Shown: positions 22,452 to 30,803, numbered from the stretch's first letter. The stretch: 64,000 bases of DNA from Pseudomonadota bacterium (GCA_043797085.1 JAZDQA010000004.1:75005-139004), one strand, 5' to 3'. Notes: a model not told the origin generated them from the sequence alone. A program made the numbers and translations.

Positions 22452-22983
22452 GGATAAAGCAGGCATTTTCTATATAACTTTTAGTTGCACGATATTTTCA
22501 TTAAACCTTTATGCTAGTGATCTCAGTTCATTAGAACAAAAACAGTTTCTTGAAGCGCATAACCGATTCCGTAGTGAAGTACATGTTGGAGCGTTGACAT
22601 GGTCGGATGAGTTATCTCTTACTGCACAACAATGGGTTATAAAACTGCGTAATGAAAATCAGTGCAAACTGAAACACAGTGGTATACAGGGGATCGGTGA
22701 AAATTTATTTTGGGCAAGTCCTGTGTTTGTTTCCGATGGATCAACTTATCCGCAAAAAATTATACCCAATCAAGTCATCAGCGCATGGGGAGGCGAGAAG
22801 CAATATTATCATTATGAGAGCAATAAATGTGATGACAAGAAAACGTGTGGACACTATACCCAAGTTGTTTGGAAAGATAGTCAAAAAGTAGGGTGTGCAA
22901 TGGTAGTATGTCCAGATAATGCTCAGATATGGAGTTGCAATTATTCACCAGCAGGCAATTACATTGGTCAGAAACCATATTAA
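22444..22983 (+). CDS. CAP (SCP/PR-1-like) domain secreted protein
   Basis: AHNRFR, HS..GENL, GHYTQVVW, VGCA, CNYSPAGN. Confidence 0.93.
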   Translation: MNKDKAGIFYITFSCTIFSLNLYASDLSSLEQKQFLEAHNRFRSEVHVGALTWSDELSLTAQQWVIKLRNENQCKLKHSGIQGIGENLFWASPVFVSDGSTYPQKIIPNQVISAWGGEKQYYHYESNKCDDKKTCGHYTQVVWKDSQKVGCAMVVCPDNAQIWSCNYSPAGNYIGQKPY

Positions 22984-23095
22984 ATAATTGTGTAATAGTA
23001 TTTGCTGTCGAGTGGCAATTAAGATTAGACTGGAAAATATTTATGGACATCATATTCAACTCAGCCAAATAGCATAGTATGATTACAATAAATAT

Positions 23096-23115
23096 TCATA
23101 CCAAATATGGTATGA
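23096..23115. promoter_or_regulatory. perfect inverted repeat upstream of the Fic gene (candidate operator)
   Basis: TCATACCA-AATA-TGGTATGA. Confidence 0.5.
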
Positions 23116-23172
23116 TTAAAACACTAATTCAACCCGTTTGAAAATAATCGATCCACAAAGGCAACACCTCAC

Positions 23173-24330
23173 ATGAAACGTTGGATATGGGAACAAGATG
23201 CTTATCCTCATTTTACCTATGATTTGAATACGCTTGAACAGTTGATTCAAGAGGTTTCACTGTCGCAAGGGTATCTGATCGCCATCACCCAAACGATGGA
23301 TCAAAACAATATCGCACAAAGACAACTCGAAGCGCTGATGAATGAAGCGATCAGCACCTCCGCAATCGAGGGAGAGATTCTCAATCGTGACAGTGTCAAA
23401 GCCTCTATCCAACGCAAGCTTGGGTTTACAGAGATAGACTCTTCAAAACGAGATATTTCGACCGATTATTTGATAGAAATACTTATCGATGCCAATACGA
23501 ATTACGATCAAGATTTAACGCTTGAACGACTTTTTGGATGGCACAACGCTCTTTTTCCTCGTGGATATAGCGGTCTAAATAAGATCAACGTTGCCACATT
23601 TAGAGGCGAAGAGGATATGGAGATTGTAGGCGGTGCCGCAGGAAAAGAGAAAACATTTTATCTAGCACCACCTAGAACGATGCTCGAAGAGGAGATGAGT
23701 AGATATCTGCATTGGTTTAACGAAACGCCTGCAAGTTTGCTAAAGGCGTGTATCGCCCATCTATGGTTTGTTATTATTCACCCTTTTGATGATGGTAACG
23801 GTCGTATTGCCCGTGCCATCACCGATTTGGTTTTATCAAAAATAGAAAAATCGACCGTGTCGAGACTCTATTCGATGTCAAGTGCAATTAACAGTGATCG
23901 CAAGGGGTATTACCGTGCGTTGGAACAGACAACGGGGTATGTCAGAAAAGAGACCAACCATATGAATATTACCATTTGGTGTAAATGGTTCCTCTCGACA
24001 TTGAATACTGCATTGAGTGATACTAAAAAAAAGCTGGGATATATTGTCCAAAAAACGACGTTTTGGGATAAGTATAGAAATTATGATCTAAATCCAAGAC
24101 AAACTAAAGTGCTTAATAAAATCCTCGATATGGGAGTTGAAAACTTTCAAGGCTCTTTGAGCAAAAAAAAATATATGACAATAGCAGACTCTGCATCCAC
24201 CACTGCCTCAAGAGATATTACACAGTTACTCGAAATAGGGTGTATCCGTCAAATTGAGGGGACGAATGGGAGAAATGTACGTTATGAGATTGTTTTTAGA
24301 ACTGCTCCATGTGGTGTAGAGGAACAGTAG
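23173..24330 (+). CDS. Fic-family protein (DUF4172-type N-terminus, C-terminal HTH)
   Basis: MKRWIWEQDAYPHF start, intact Fic motif HPFDDGNGRIAR, TAIEGE, C-terminal TASRDITQLLEIG HTH. Confidence 0.92.
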   Translation: MKRWIWEQDAYPHFTYDLNTLEQLIQEVSLSQGYLIAITQTMDQNNIAQRQLEALMNEAISTSAIEGEILNRDSVKASIQRKLGFTEIDSSKRDISTDYLIEILIDANTNYDQDLTLERLFGWHNALFPRGYSGLNKINVATFRGEEDMEIVGGAAGKEKTFYLAPPRTMLEEEMSRYLHWFNETPASLLKACIAHLWFVIIHPFDDGNGRIARAITDLVLSKIEKSTVSRLYSMSSAINSDRKGYYRALEQTTGYVRKETNHMNITIWCKWFLSTLNTALSDTKKKLGYIVQKTTFWDKYRNYDLNPRQTKVLNKILDMGVENFQGSLSKKKYMTIADSASTTASRDITQLLEIGCIRQIEGTNGRNVRYEIVFRTAPCGVEEQ

Positions 24331-24399
24331 ACAGACAGCAAGTCGGCTATAAACAAAAAATTTAAGGAGATCGTGTTTGTGTGATGCTGTCTGTCTACT
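24326..24399. repeat. 15-bp perfect inverted repeat pair, MITE-like
   Basis: AGTAGACAGACAGCA (24326-24340) and TGCTGTCTGTCTACT (24385-24399), 44 nt apart. Confidence 0.6.
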
Positions 24400-24425
24400 A
24401 TGCCCAAAAGGGCAGAGTGTCGAAA

Positions 24426-24725
24426 TTATTTAGCGATATAAGCGGCGATAGAAGTGATTTGAGCATCACTAAGCGTTGCTGCTTGTCCTTTCATGACCGC
24501 TTTCATCGGTCCGCCGTAGGTTCCAGCTTTGTACCCTTTGAGTGCGGTGATAATACCTGCAGCTCCCATATCTTTTATGATTTTACTTTTCCCAAGTGCC
24601 ACTTTTTCACCTGCGGCACCGTGACACGCTGCACATTTTTTGTACAAATCTGCACCTTCATCTGCCATAACACTAACACTGCCAAGCCCTAATAAGGCAA
24701 CGAATACCAAAATACTTTTTTTCAT
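24426..24725 (-). CDS. cytochrome c553-type periplasmic monoheme cytochrome
   Basis: Signal peptide, CAACH, YGGPMKAVM Met ligand region. Confidence 0.92.
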   Translation of the reverse strand: MKKSILVFVALLGLGSVSVMADEGADLYKKCAACHGAAGEKVALGKSKIIKDMGAAGIITALKGYKAGTYGGPMKAVMKGQAATLSDAQITSIAAYIAK

Positions 24726-24781
24726 AGTTAAACCCCTGGATAAAGATGTTAATATTATAAAAGATTATGAAATAAATTGCT

Positions 24782-24795
24782 TTGATGCAGGTCAA
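24782..24795 (-). promoter_or_regulatory. Fnr/Nss-type box, cytochrome c553 promoter
   Basis: TTGAT-GCAG-GTCAA; minus-strand TATAAT at 24754-24759, 22 nt away. Confidence 0.75.
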
Positions 24796-24801
24796 GAGCC
24801 G

Positions 24802-25467
24802 TTACGATCGTAGGGTTATATGCGGGGCTAGTCTTTCATAGTCAACACGACGATTTGATGATGAAAGGTTTCCTATCGTTTTCATTCCCCCTTGAAAAAT
24901 CTGTACGTAATATTCGCGATTATATCCCCTACGCTTTAAGATCTTTGCCATGGTGATAATATCTTCTTCGTCTAGCAATTCTGGATGAAATGTTGTTCGT
25001 ACTTCAAAATCAATGCCACTATGATGAAGTATTTTAAAACTCTCCCAAAAACGTTTTTCGCTTCCGCCACCGCAGATTTCCCCCATTTTTGCTTCAGGGG
25101 CTTTGTAGTCTAGGGCAATATAATCAATAAGTTTGTTGTCGATTAGCACTTTAATCACATCAGGACGCATACCGTTGGTGTCGAGTTTGATTTTATATCC
25201 CAGTGTTTTTATAGAACGACAAAAAGCCAGAAGATGAGGGTAGGTCGTGCATTCGCCGCCACTAAGTACGACGCCTTCCAGCAGTCCTTGGCGACGGCGT
25301 AAAAAAGCAAGCGCTTCCTCTTCATCTATATGTGCAGTACCGAATACAATATCAGGATTGTAGCAGTAAACGCATCGCAGATTGCACCCTGCAAACCAAA
25401 AAATAGCCGCAGGAGTGTCGGGGAAATCGAGAAGGGTAAACGGGGTGATGTCGTAGAGTGCTTTCAT
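24802..25467 (-). CDS. nrdG: anaerobic ribonucleotide reductase activating enzyme (radical SAM)
   Basis: GCNLRCVYCYNP (CxxxCxxC), SGGE, KLDTNG; downstream of nrdD. Confidence 0.92.
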   Translation of the reverse strand: MKALYDITPFTLLDFPDTPAAIFWFAGCNLRCVYCYNPDIVFGTAHIDEEEALAFLRRRQGLLEGVVLSGGECTTYPHLLAFCRSIKTLGYKIKLDTNGMRPDVIKVLIDNKLIDYIALDYKAPEAKMGEICGGGSEKRFWESFKILHHSGIDFEVRTTFHPELLDEEDIITMAKILKRRGYNREYYVQIFQGGMKTIGNLSSSNRRVDYERLAPHITLRS

Positions 25468-25471
25468 GTTT

Positions 25472-25558
25472 CGTCATCCTCGGGCTTGACCCGGGGATCC
25501 ATCCCCTTTTTCATTCACAAAAATACTAAGCTGGATTCCCGCCTACGCGGGAATGACA
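25472..25558. repeat. CGTC-type REP-like palindromic heterodimer, copy 2
   Basis: CGTCATCCTCGGGCTTGACCCGGGGATCCA...CTGGATTCCCGCCTACGCGGGAATGACA, the reverse complement of the 6970-7043 element with a longer spacer. Confidence 0.85.
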
Positions 25559-25583
25559 GAGTGCTATAGGAAATAATATCTTG

Positions 25584-25748
25584 CTAGCTGGCTTTTAAAC
25601 ACTCTTTAAAATACATTCGATCTTTATGCTCTTGTTTTTTTCCGATATTAAAACTCTCGACGGGGCGATGATACCCCATCACTCTTGTGTACACCATACA
25701 ACGTGTTCGTTTGCTTTCTTGGCTTTTCAGCACCATTTCTGTATTCAT
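25584..25748 (-). CDS. stand-alone glycyl-radical domain of class III RNR (54 aa)
   Basis: Manual translation MNTEMVLKSQESKRTRCMVYTRVMGYHRPVESFNIGKKQEHKDRMYFKECLKAS. ATGA overlap with the nrdD stop; strong SD AAGGAGGT just upstream. Confidence 0.88.
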   Translation of the reverse strand: MNTEMVLKSQESKRTRCMVYTRVMGYHRPVESFNIGKKQEHKDRMYFKECLKAS

Positions 25749-27847
25749 GCAACCTCCTTGGATAAGATTAATTCGTCACATTTCGGGCAAAACTCATGTT
25801 CGCCGTGTAGATAGCCGTGCATCGGACACACAGAAAAAAGCGGTGTGATGGTGATATAGGGCAATCGGTGATGAGTTAAGACATTTTTGACCATCCGTCT
25901 ACATGCTTCGATGGTTCCGATGCGCTCACTCATATAGAGATGCAACACCGTTCCCCCTGTATATTTACACTGAAGTTCGTCTTGGAGTTCCAGTGCCTCA
26001 AAGGGGTCGTCGGTATAGGCAACTGGGATTTGGGAGCTGTTGGTGTAATAAATGTTGTCACCTTCTCCTGCTTGTAAAATGTCGGGATAACGTTTTTTAT
26101 CCTCTTTGGCAAAACGATACGTCGTCCCCTCGGCGGGTGTTGCTTCCAGATTGTACAAATTACCGCTGCGCTCTTGATAACCTCGGATGATATTACGCAT
26201 TTTTTCTAAAATATCCAGTGAAAACTCCACTCCCCATGCAGTGGATAAATCCTCTGTATCACCGCTAAAATTACGAACCATTTCGTTCATCCCGTTGACT
26301 CCGATGGTGGAAAAATGGTTATTGAATCCTTTTAAATAGCGTGCAGTATAAGGATAAAGTCCCCGCTCGAACATCTCGTTTACAAAGACTCGCTTTTTCT
26401 CCAGCGTTGAATAGGCAATTTCCATTAGCACATCCAGTGCCTCAAAAAACCGATCTTTATCTCCCGTGTACAAATAGCCTAAGCGTGCCATATTGATGGT
26501 AACGACGCCGATGCTTCCCGTCATTTCGGCACTGCCGAACAGTCCATTTCCACGCTTTAGAAGTTCTCGCAAATCAAGCTGTAAGCGACAGCACATACTG
26601 CGTACCGCTCCCGGTTTATATGCATTGGGGTTTTCTATTTTATTTCCATTTTCATCTTTTAGATATTGGCTGCCGATAAAGTTTTGAAAATAGCTCGAAC
26701 CGATTTTGGCAGTGTTTTCGAACAAAATATCGGTGTTTTCACCGTACCAGTCGAAATCTTCGGTGATATTGACCGTGGGGATTGGGAACGTAAAGGGCTG
26801 TCCGCCACTGTCGCCCTCGGTCATAATCTCATAGTAGGCTTTGTTAATAACGTTCATCTCTGCTTGAAAGTCACCGTATGTCAGGGCTTCGAGAGAATGT
26901 TTTCCTCTCTCAAATAACTTGCGTTGATGATGTGCGGTTGCACTGATTTGCGAAAAAAGATGGTGATCATTATAGGTGGGAATTTGCCCCGCTAAATCCT
27001 CAGGAACAACCCAGTCGAGGGTAATATTCGTAAAAGGAGATTGTCCCCAGCGGGCTGGGACGTTGAGATTGTAGACAAAACTTCGTATCGCTTTTTTCAC
27101 ATCATCCGCACTCAAAGCATCGATAAATACATAAGGAGCCAAATAGGTATCGAATGAGCTAAATGCTTGAGCTCCTGCCCATTCGGATTGCAGTATTCCT
27201 AAAAAATTTGCCATTTGTCCCAATGCTTCACGCAAATGACGGGGAGGTGCGCTCTCAACACGTCCTCGAACGCCGTTAAACCCTTCGTTGAGCAATGCAC
27301 GTAAACTCCATCCGGCACAATATCCCGTCAGACAATCAAGATCGTGGATATGGATATCACCATTGCGATGAGCCGCTCCCTCTTGGGGTGAGTAGATGGT
27401 ATCGAGCCAAAAGTTTGCAACTACTTTTCCTGCTAGATTGTTGATAAGTCCTGCATTGGAATATCCTGTATTGGCATTGGCATTGATGCGCCAGTCCGTT
27501 TTATAGATGTATTCCTGAACGCTTTGGGTGGAGTTTACGAATGTGGTGTCGGGTAATAAACCTGCGACGTGTTCACGCTGCATTTTGTGTAAAAATCGGT
27601 AAGTGATAAACGATTTCATCACCGTAAACTCACCCGAATTATGGAGCTCTTCTTCGATGATGTCTTGAATCTCTTCTACATTCCAAAGAGGCTTGGTCTC
27701 TAATCTCTCTAAAAGACATTTTAGTGCGATTTGATTGTAGGGGCGTGAGACACTTTCAAACCCTTTTTTGATTGCATCTACAATCTTATAGAGATGAAAG
27801 AGTTCTGTTGATCCATCGCGTTTACAAACACGTCTAGCTACCCCCAT
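25745..27847 (-). CDS. nrdD: class III (anaerobic) ribonucleoside-triphosphate reductase, large chain lacking the glycyl-radical loop
   Basis: N-terminal ATP cone (KRDGS), IHDL..GYCAG, RSMCCRL finger loop, EATPAEG. Ends at the CPMH...CPKC metal site with no RVxGY. Confidence 0.93.
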   Translation of the reverse strand: MGVARRVCKRDGSTELFHLYKIVDAIKKGFESVSRPYNQIALKCLLERLETKPLWNVEEIQDIIEEELHNSGEFTVMKSFITYRFLHKMQREHVAGLLPDTTFVNSTQSVQEYIYKTDWRINANANTGYSNAGLINNLAGKVVANFWLDTIYSPQEGAAHRNGDIHIHDLDCLTGYCAGWSLRALLNEGFNGVRGRVESAPPRHLREALGQMANFLGILQSEWAGAQAFSSFDTYLAPYVFIDALSADDVKKAIRSFVYNLNVPARWGQSPFTNITLDWVVPEDLAGQIPTYNDHHLFSQISATAHHQRKLFERGKHSLEALTYGDFQAEMNVINKAYYEIMTEGDSGGQPFTFPIPTVNITEDFDWYGENTDILFENTAKIGSSYFQNFIGSQYLKDENGNKIENPNAYKPGAVRSMCCRLQLDLRELLKRGNGLFGSAEMTGSIGVVTINMARLGYLYTGDKDRFFEALDVLMEIAYSTLEKKRVFVNEMFERGLYPYTARYLKGFNNHFSTIGVNGMNEMVRNFSGDTEDLSTAWGVEFSLDILEKMRNIIRGYQERSGNLYNLEATPAEGTTYRFAKEDKKRYPDILQAGEGDNIYYTNSSQIPVAYTDDPFEALELQDELQCKYTGGTVLHLYMSERIGTIEACRRMVKNVLTHHRLPYITITPLFSVCPMHGYLHGEHEFCPKCDELILSKEVA

Positions 27848-27932
27848 TGTTGTTCCTTTTTTTAGAATTTATATCCGGCTTAACGCCGTATTTTTAGATA
27901 GTTAATTGTAATGGATTTGGGGATTAATGTCT

Positions 27933-27946
27933 TTGACTTGGGTCAA
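27933..27946 (-). promoter_or_regulatory. Fnr/Nss-type box, nrdD promoter
   Basis: TTGAC-TTGG-GTCAA; minus-strand TACAAT at 27905-27910 (22 nt gap). Confidence 0.8.
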
Positions 27947-28043
27947 TATATCGAAGAAATACGTTGATTTATAGTGAGATATAAAAAGAGTTTAAGTGCG
28001 CTGGAATGACGAGTTCCAGCACGAAAGTTTTAGTTAAGAAGAA

Positions 28044-28064
28044 TAAAAAAGGCCCGAAGGCCCT
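28044..28064 (-). terminator. rho-independent terminator of the porin gene
   Basis: Minus strand AGGGCC-UUCG-GGCCUU followed by a U tract. Confidence 0.85.
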
Positions 28065-28076
28065 GAGGAGAAAGTA

Positions 28077-29420
28077 TTAGAATTTTAAAGAAGCGATAAC
28101 ACGGAAAGTATCCGTAGTTTTGTCATTATTATCATTAGCTTTAACATCTTTATCAAACTGAGTATAGATAGCGGTTAAATCAACAGCTCCAACTTTTGTA
28201 GCTGCGGTAACATCCCATGCAGTAAAGTCTGTATTTTGAGTACTAAGACCTGCTACTAAACCTGCTGTTCCACCATTGTTACCAGTCTCTGCTTGTGCAT
28301 AACTAGCTGACAATGCAACACCTGGAACCATCTTAGTAGAAGCACCGATTTTCCATGCATCTGTATCCGGTGCTGCTGCAATCTCGCCATCCATATAGAT
28401 ACTACCTAAAGTAGTATACACACTTGATTTATCACCTGTTGCAACGTTCGCAAAACCTAAAGTACCGGCACTAACTGTTGAATATGCTGCATAAAGATTT
28501 ACACCTGCAATATCAACCGCAGCTTTAAGTGCAAATACATCAGTATTTCTATCAGCTGCACCTGTTCCAACATCTGGCATCATGCCTGCGTATTGAACAC
28601 CGATATTAACCATGTCGATAACTTTTGTGTCTGCTTGCAACCAGTATGCATCCGCAACTTGAACAACATCATAATACCATGCTTGTACAGTTGTATTTGG
28701 AAGTGATTTATTGACAGCTGCAAATGCATACGCGCCATCGGTTGCGAATGTACTAAAAGTACCATCTTTTGCGACGGTTGTATTACGACCAGTTACGAGA
28801 GGTCCTGCAGCATCTGGATCACCCAATAAACCAACACCATTATGCTTTCCAACCCATGCAGCTACCAACGTTGTATTAGGAAGGTCATTATTTAACAATA
28901 CTGCCGCTTCAAACGTGTTATCTACAACGTTCCATGTTTCTGTAAATGCAAGTGGAGTATTCAATGCTTGACGACCGATTTTAGCCGTAGTTTTTCCAGC
29001 AGTGTAAGCCAAATACGCTTCTTCTACCCATGCTTGGTCATTCAATGATGACATATCACCACCAACAGCTGTATTTTGATAATTTGTACCATCTGCACCA
29101 ACTTTAGCCGTTGTAGTCGATCCAACCAAATTATTTTCAAGACCAAGCGTAGAAATAGCTGTTACTTTTACCCCAGCGCTAAGATTTTGCAGCAAATCAG
29201 CTGTAGCACCAACGCTTAATTTCACATCAGCGGATGAGTTAGCAGTATTGTCAAAAAAGCCTTGTGCAGCTGTTGCAGCAGGAACAGCTGTAGCTCCTCC
29301 AGAATACTCAGATGTCTGATACCAAAGCTTTGCCTCACCATTTACTTTTACGTTATCAATCGCGAACGCACTTGTTCCCAATGCCATTACGGCTACTAGA
29401 CTTAATTTTACGAGTTTCAT
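28077..29420 (-). CDS. major outer membrane porin (Campylobacterota MOMP-like)
   Basis: MKLVKLSLVA signal peptide, amphipathic beta strands, KIGRQALNTPL, C-terminal Phe. Confidence 0.85.
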   Translation of the reverse strand: MKLVKLSLVAVMALGTSAFAIDNVKVNGEAKLWYQTSEYSGGATAVPAATAAQGFFDNTANSSADVKLSVGATADLLQNLSAGVKVTAISTLGLENNLVGSTTTAKVGADGTNYQNTAVGGDMSSLNDQAWVEEAYLAYTAGKTTAKIGRQALNTPLAFTETWNVVDNTFEAAVLLNNDLPNTTLVAAWVGKHNGVGLLGDPDAAGPLVTGRNTTVAKDGTFSTFATDGAYAFAAVNKSLPNTTVQAWYYDVVQVADAYWLQADTKVIDMVNIGVQYAGMMPDVGTGAADRNTDVFALKAAVDIAGVNLYAAYSTVSAGTLGFANVATGDKSSVYTTLGSIYMDGEIAAAPDTDAWKIGASTKMVPGVALSASYAQAETGNNGGTAGLVAGLSTQNTDFTAWDVTAATKVGAVDLTAIYTQFDKDVKANDNNDKTTDTFRVIASLKF

Positions 29421-29494
29421 ATTTTTCCTTTAAGTTCAAGTTGATCTTTGAGAGATCAATGGTTTATTGTAAGACAAACAGATTCTGCATGTCA

Positions 29495-29508
29495 TTGACT
29501 TAGGTCAA
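29495..29508 (-). promoter_or_regulatory. Fnr/Nss-type box, porin promoter
   Basis: TTGAC-TTAG-GTCAA; minus-strand TACAAT at 29466-29471 (23 nt gap). Confidence 0.75.
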
Positions 29509-29517
29509 TAAGGTATT

Positions 29518-29880
29518 TTAAAATCGATCTTTGAGATCGCCGTTGTATTTAATATCGCGCTTTGTAGCGTTTTCATCGTTTAGCCACTCGGGTAAAGCGT
29601 CGCCTACTGCTTCAAGCTTATCACGCTCGGCATTGAGCTCATCTTCACTGTAAGCGAATGACATATCTGCAGAAATAATGTGATCCATAAACTGAATTCT
29701 TGTAAGTTTTTGAATCTCTTCTTCGACGCCTTCACCTTCAATGGTGACAATAATGCGCCCTTTTTCATCGTGAAAATGATAATCACAAAAATCAGAAGAT
29801 TTAAAAATTTCGACTACTTCTTCGGTAAAATTTGGGTTGGTTTGCACCACAATGCTTGAAATATTCACGGTATTCTCCAA
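29518..29880 (-). CDS. napD: NapA chaperone NapD
   Basis: NISSIVV, GRIIVTIEG; last gene of napAGHBFLD. Confidence 0.9.
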   Translation of the reverse strand: MENTVNISSIVVQTNPNFTEEVVEIFKSSDFCDYHFHDEKGRIIVTIEGEGVEEEIQKLTRIQFMDHIISADMSFAYSEDELNAERDKLEAVGDALPEWLNDENATKRDIKYNGDLKDRF

Positions 29881-30803
29881 TAATAAATTTTATTCTCTTC
29901 ACCCGAACCGATTAGGGTATGCTCATCCAAAAAGATCAGCGAATCGTAAAGGGTTTCTCCCCCTTTTAATCGTGCGATTTTTCTTTGAGTGGCTAAATCA
30001 AAAACTTGTAACTCATTTTCATCACCATCGGTATAAACCCCTTTGGATGCCGAAGGGCTAAGTCCGACTGCATAGACGAAAAAATCGGTTTCGATAAAAT
30101 AACTCCCCTTTGGACGATAAACCCCGACACGACGATCATGCCCACCGCTGAGGATGGTGTTTTGTTGATAGGAGAGCCCATTGATTGCATCCAGGTTGAG
30201 CCCGCTGAGCGTTTTTATTTTTCGACCACTCATTGTCTCAATTTGTACAATTTCACCACTTTCATCCCCTACGGCTAAGAGTGATTTCTTAGGACTAAGT
30301 GCCATATCCCCAAACACTCCTCCACCGGCTTGTACTTGGTAGACGAGGGTTTGCTTGTTCAAATCCATAAGAACGATTGTATCACCAGAGAGTCCGAAGA
30401 GTAAATGACTTACATCAAGAAAACGAACTTTTTTAATCAATAGTCCTCTCGAATTATCAATAACTTTTAGCATCTTATTGTCGCGCCATAGATAAACATT
30501 TCGAAAAGATTCACCACTCTCGGTCACGATAACCGTAGATGCTGCTAAATGATCGACAGAATAGATTTTTGGGGTAAAAACTTTGCCTAAAATGGAAACG
30601 TTTGGCGCAGTTATGGAACTGAGTTTATGTTTTGATACACTATCAAAAACATTCACAATTCCTGCATCTGTTGAGGTATAAATCTTGCCTTCTCGAACTA
30701 CCATGTCGCTGATTAACCCATCGGTTTTTAGTGTTGCAGAGTGGTTAATAACAGCTGCAACGCCAGTTATAAGAAGAAAAAATAAAAAAAATAATGTTTT
30801 CAT
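29865..30803 (-). CDS. napL: periplasmic WD40/beta-propeller protein NapL
   Basis: Signal peptide, WD-like repeats, position between napF and napD. Confidence 0.8.
   Translation of the reverse strand: MKTLFFLFFLLITGVAAVINHSATLKTDGLISDMVVREGKIYTSTDAGIVNVFDSVSKHKLSSITAPNVSILGKVFTPKIYSVDHLAASTVIVTESGESFRNVYLWRDNKMLKVIDNSRGLLIKKVRFLDVSHLLFGLSGDTIVLMDLNKQTLVYQVQAGGGVFGDMALSPKKSLLAVGDESGEIVQIETMSGRKIKTLSGLNLDAINGLSYQQNTILSGGHDRRVGVYRPKGSYFIETDFFVYAVGLSPSASKGVYTDGDENELQVFDLATQRKIARLKGGETLYDSLIFLDEHTLIGSGEENKIYYWRIP

Noticed and set aside
25740-25760. nrdD split as a sequencing frameshift or pseudogene
   Set aside because: The junction has a strong SD, a clean ATGA overlap and a plausible linker on both sides, and nrdG and the promoter are intact. 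This fits a designed two-gene arrangement better, though reads were not available to check.
29441-29459. Additional Fnr/Nss box upstream of the porin
   Set aside because: TTGAT and ATCAA are 9 nt apart rather than 4 and lie downstream of the -10; treated as a 5' hairpin or other operator instead.
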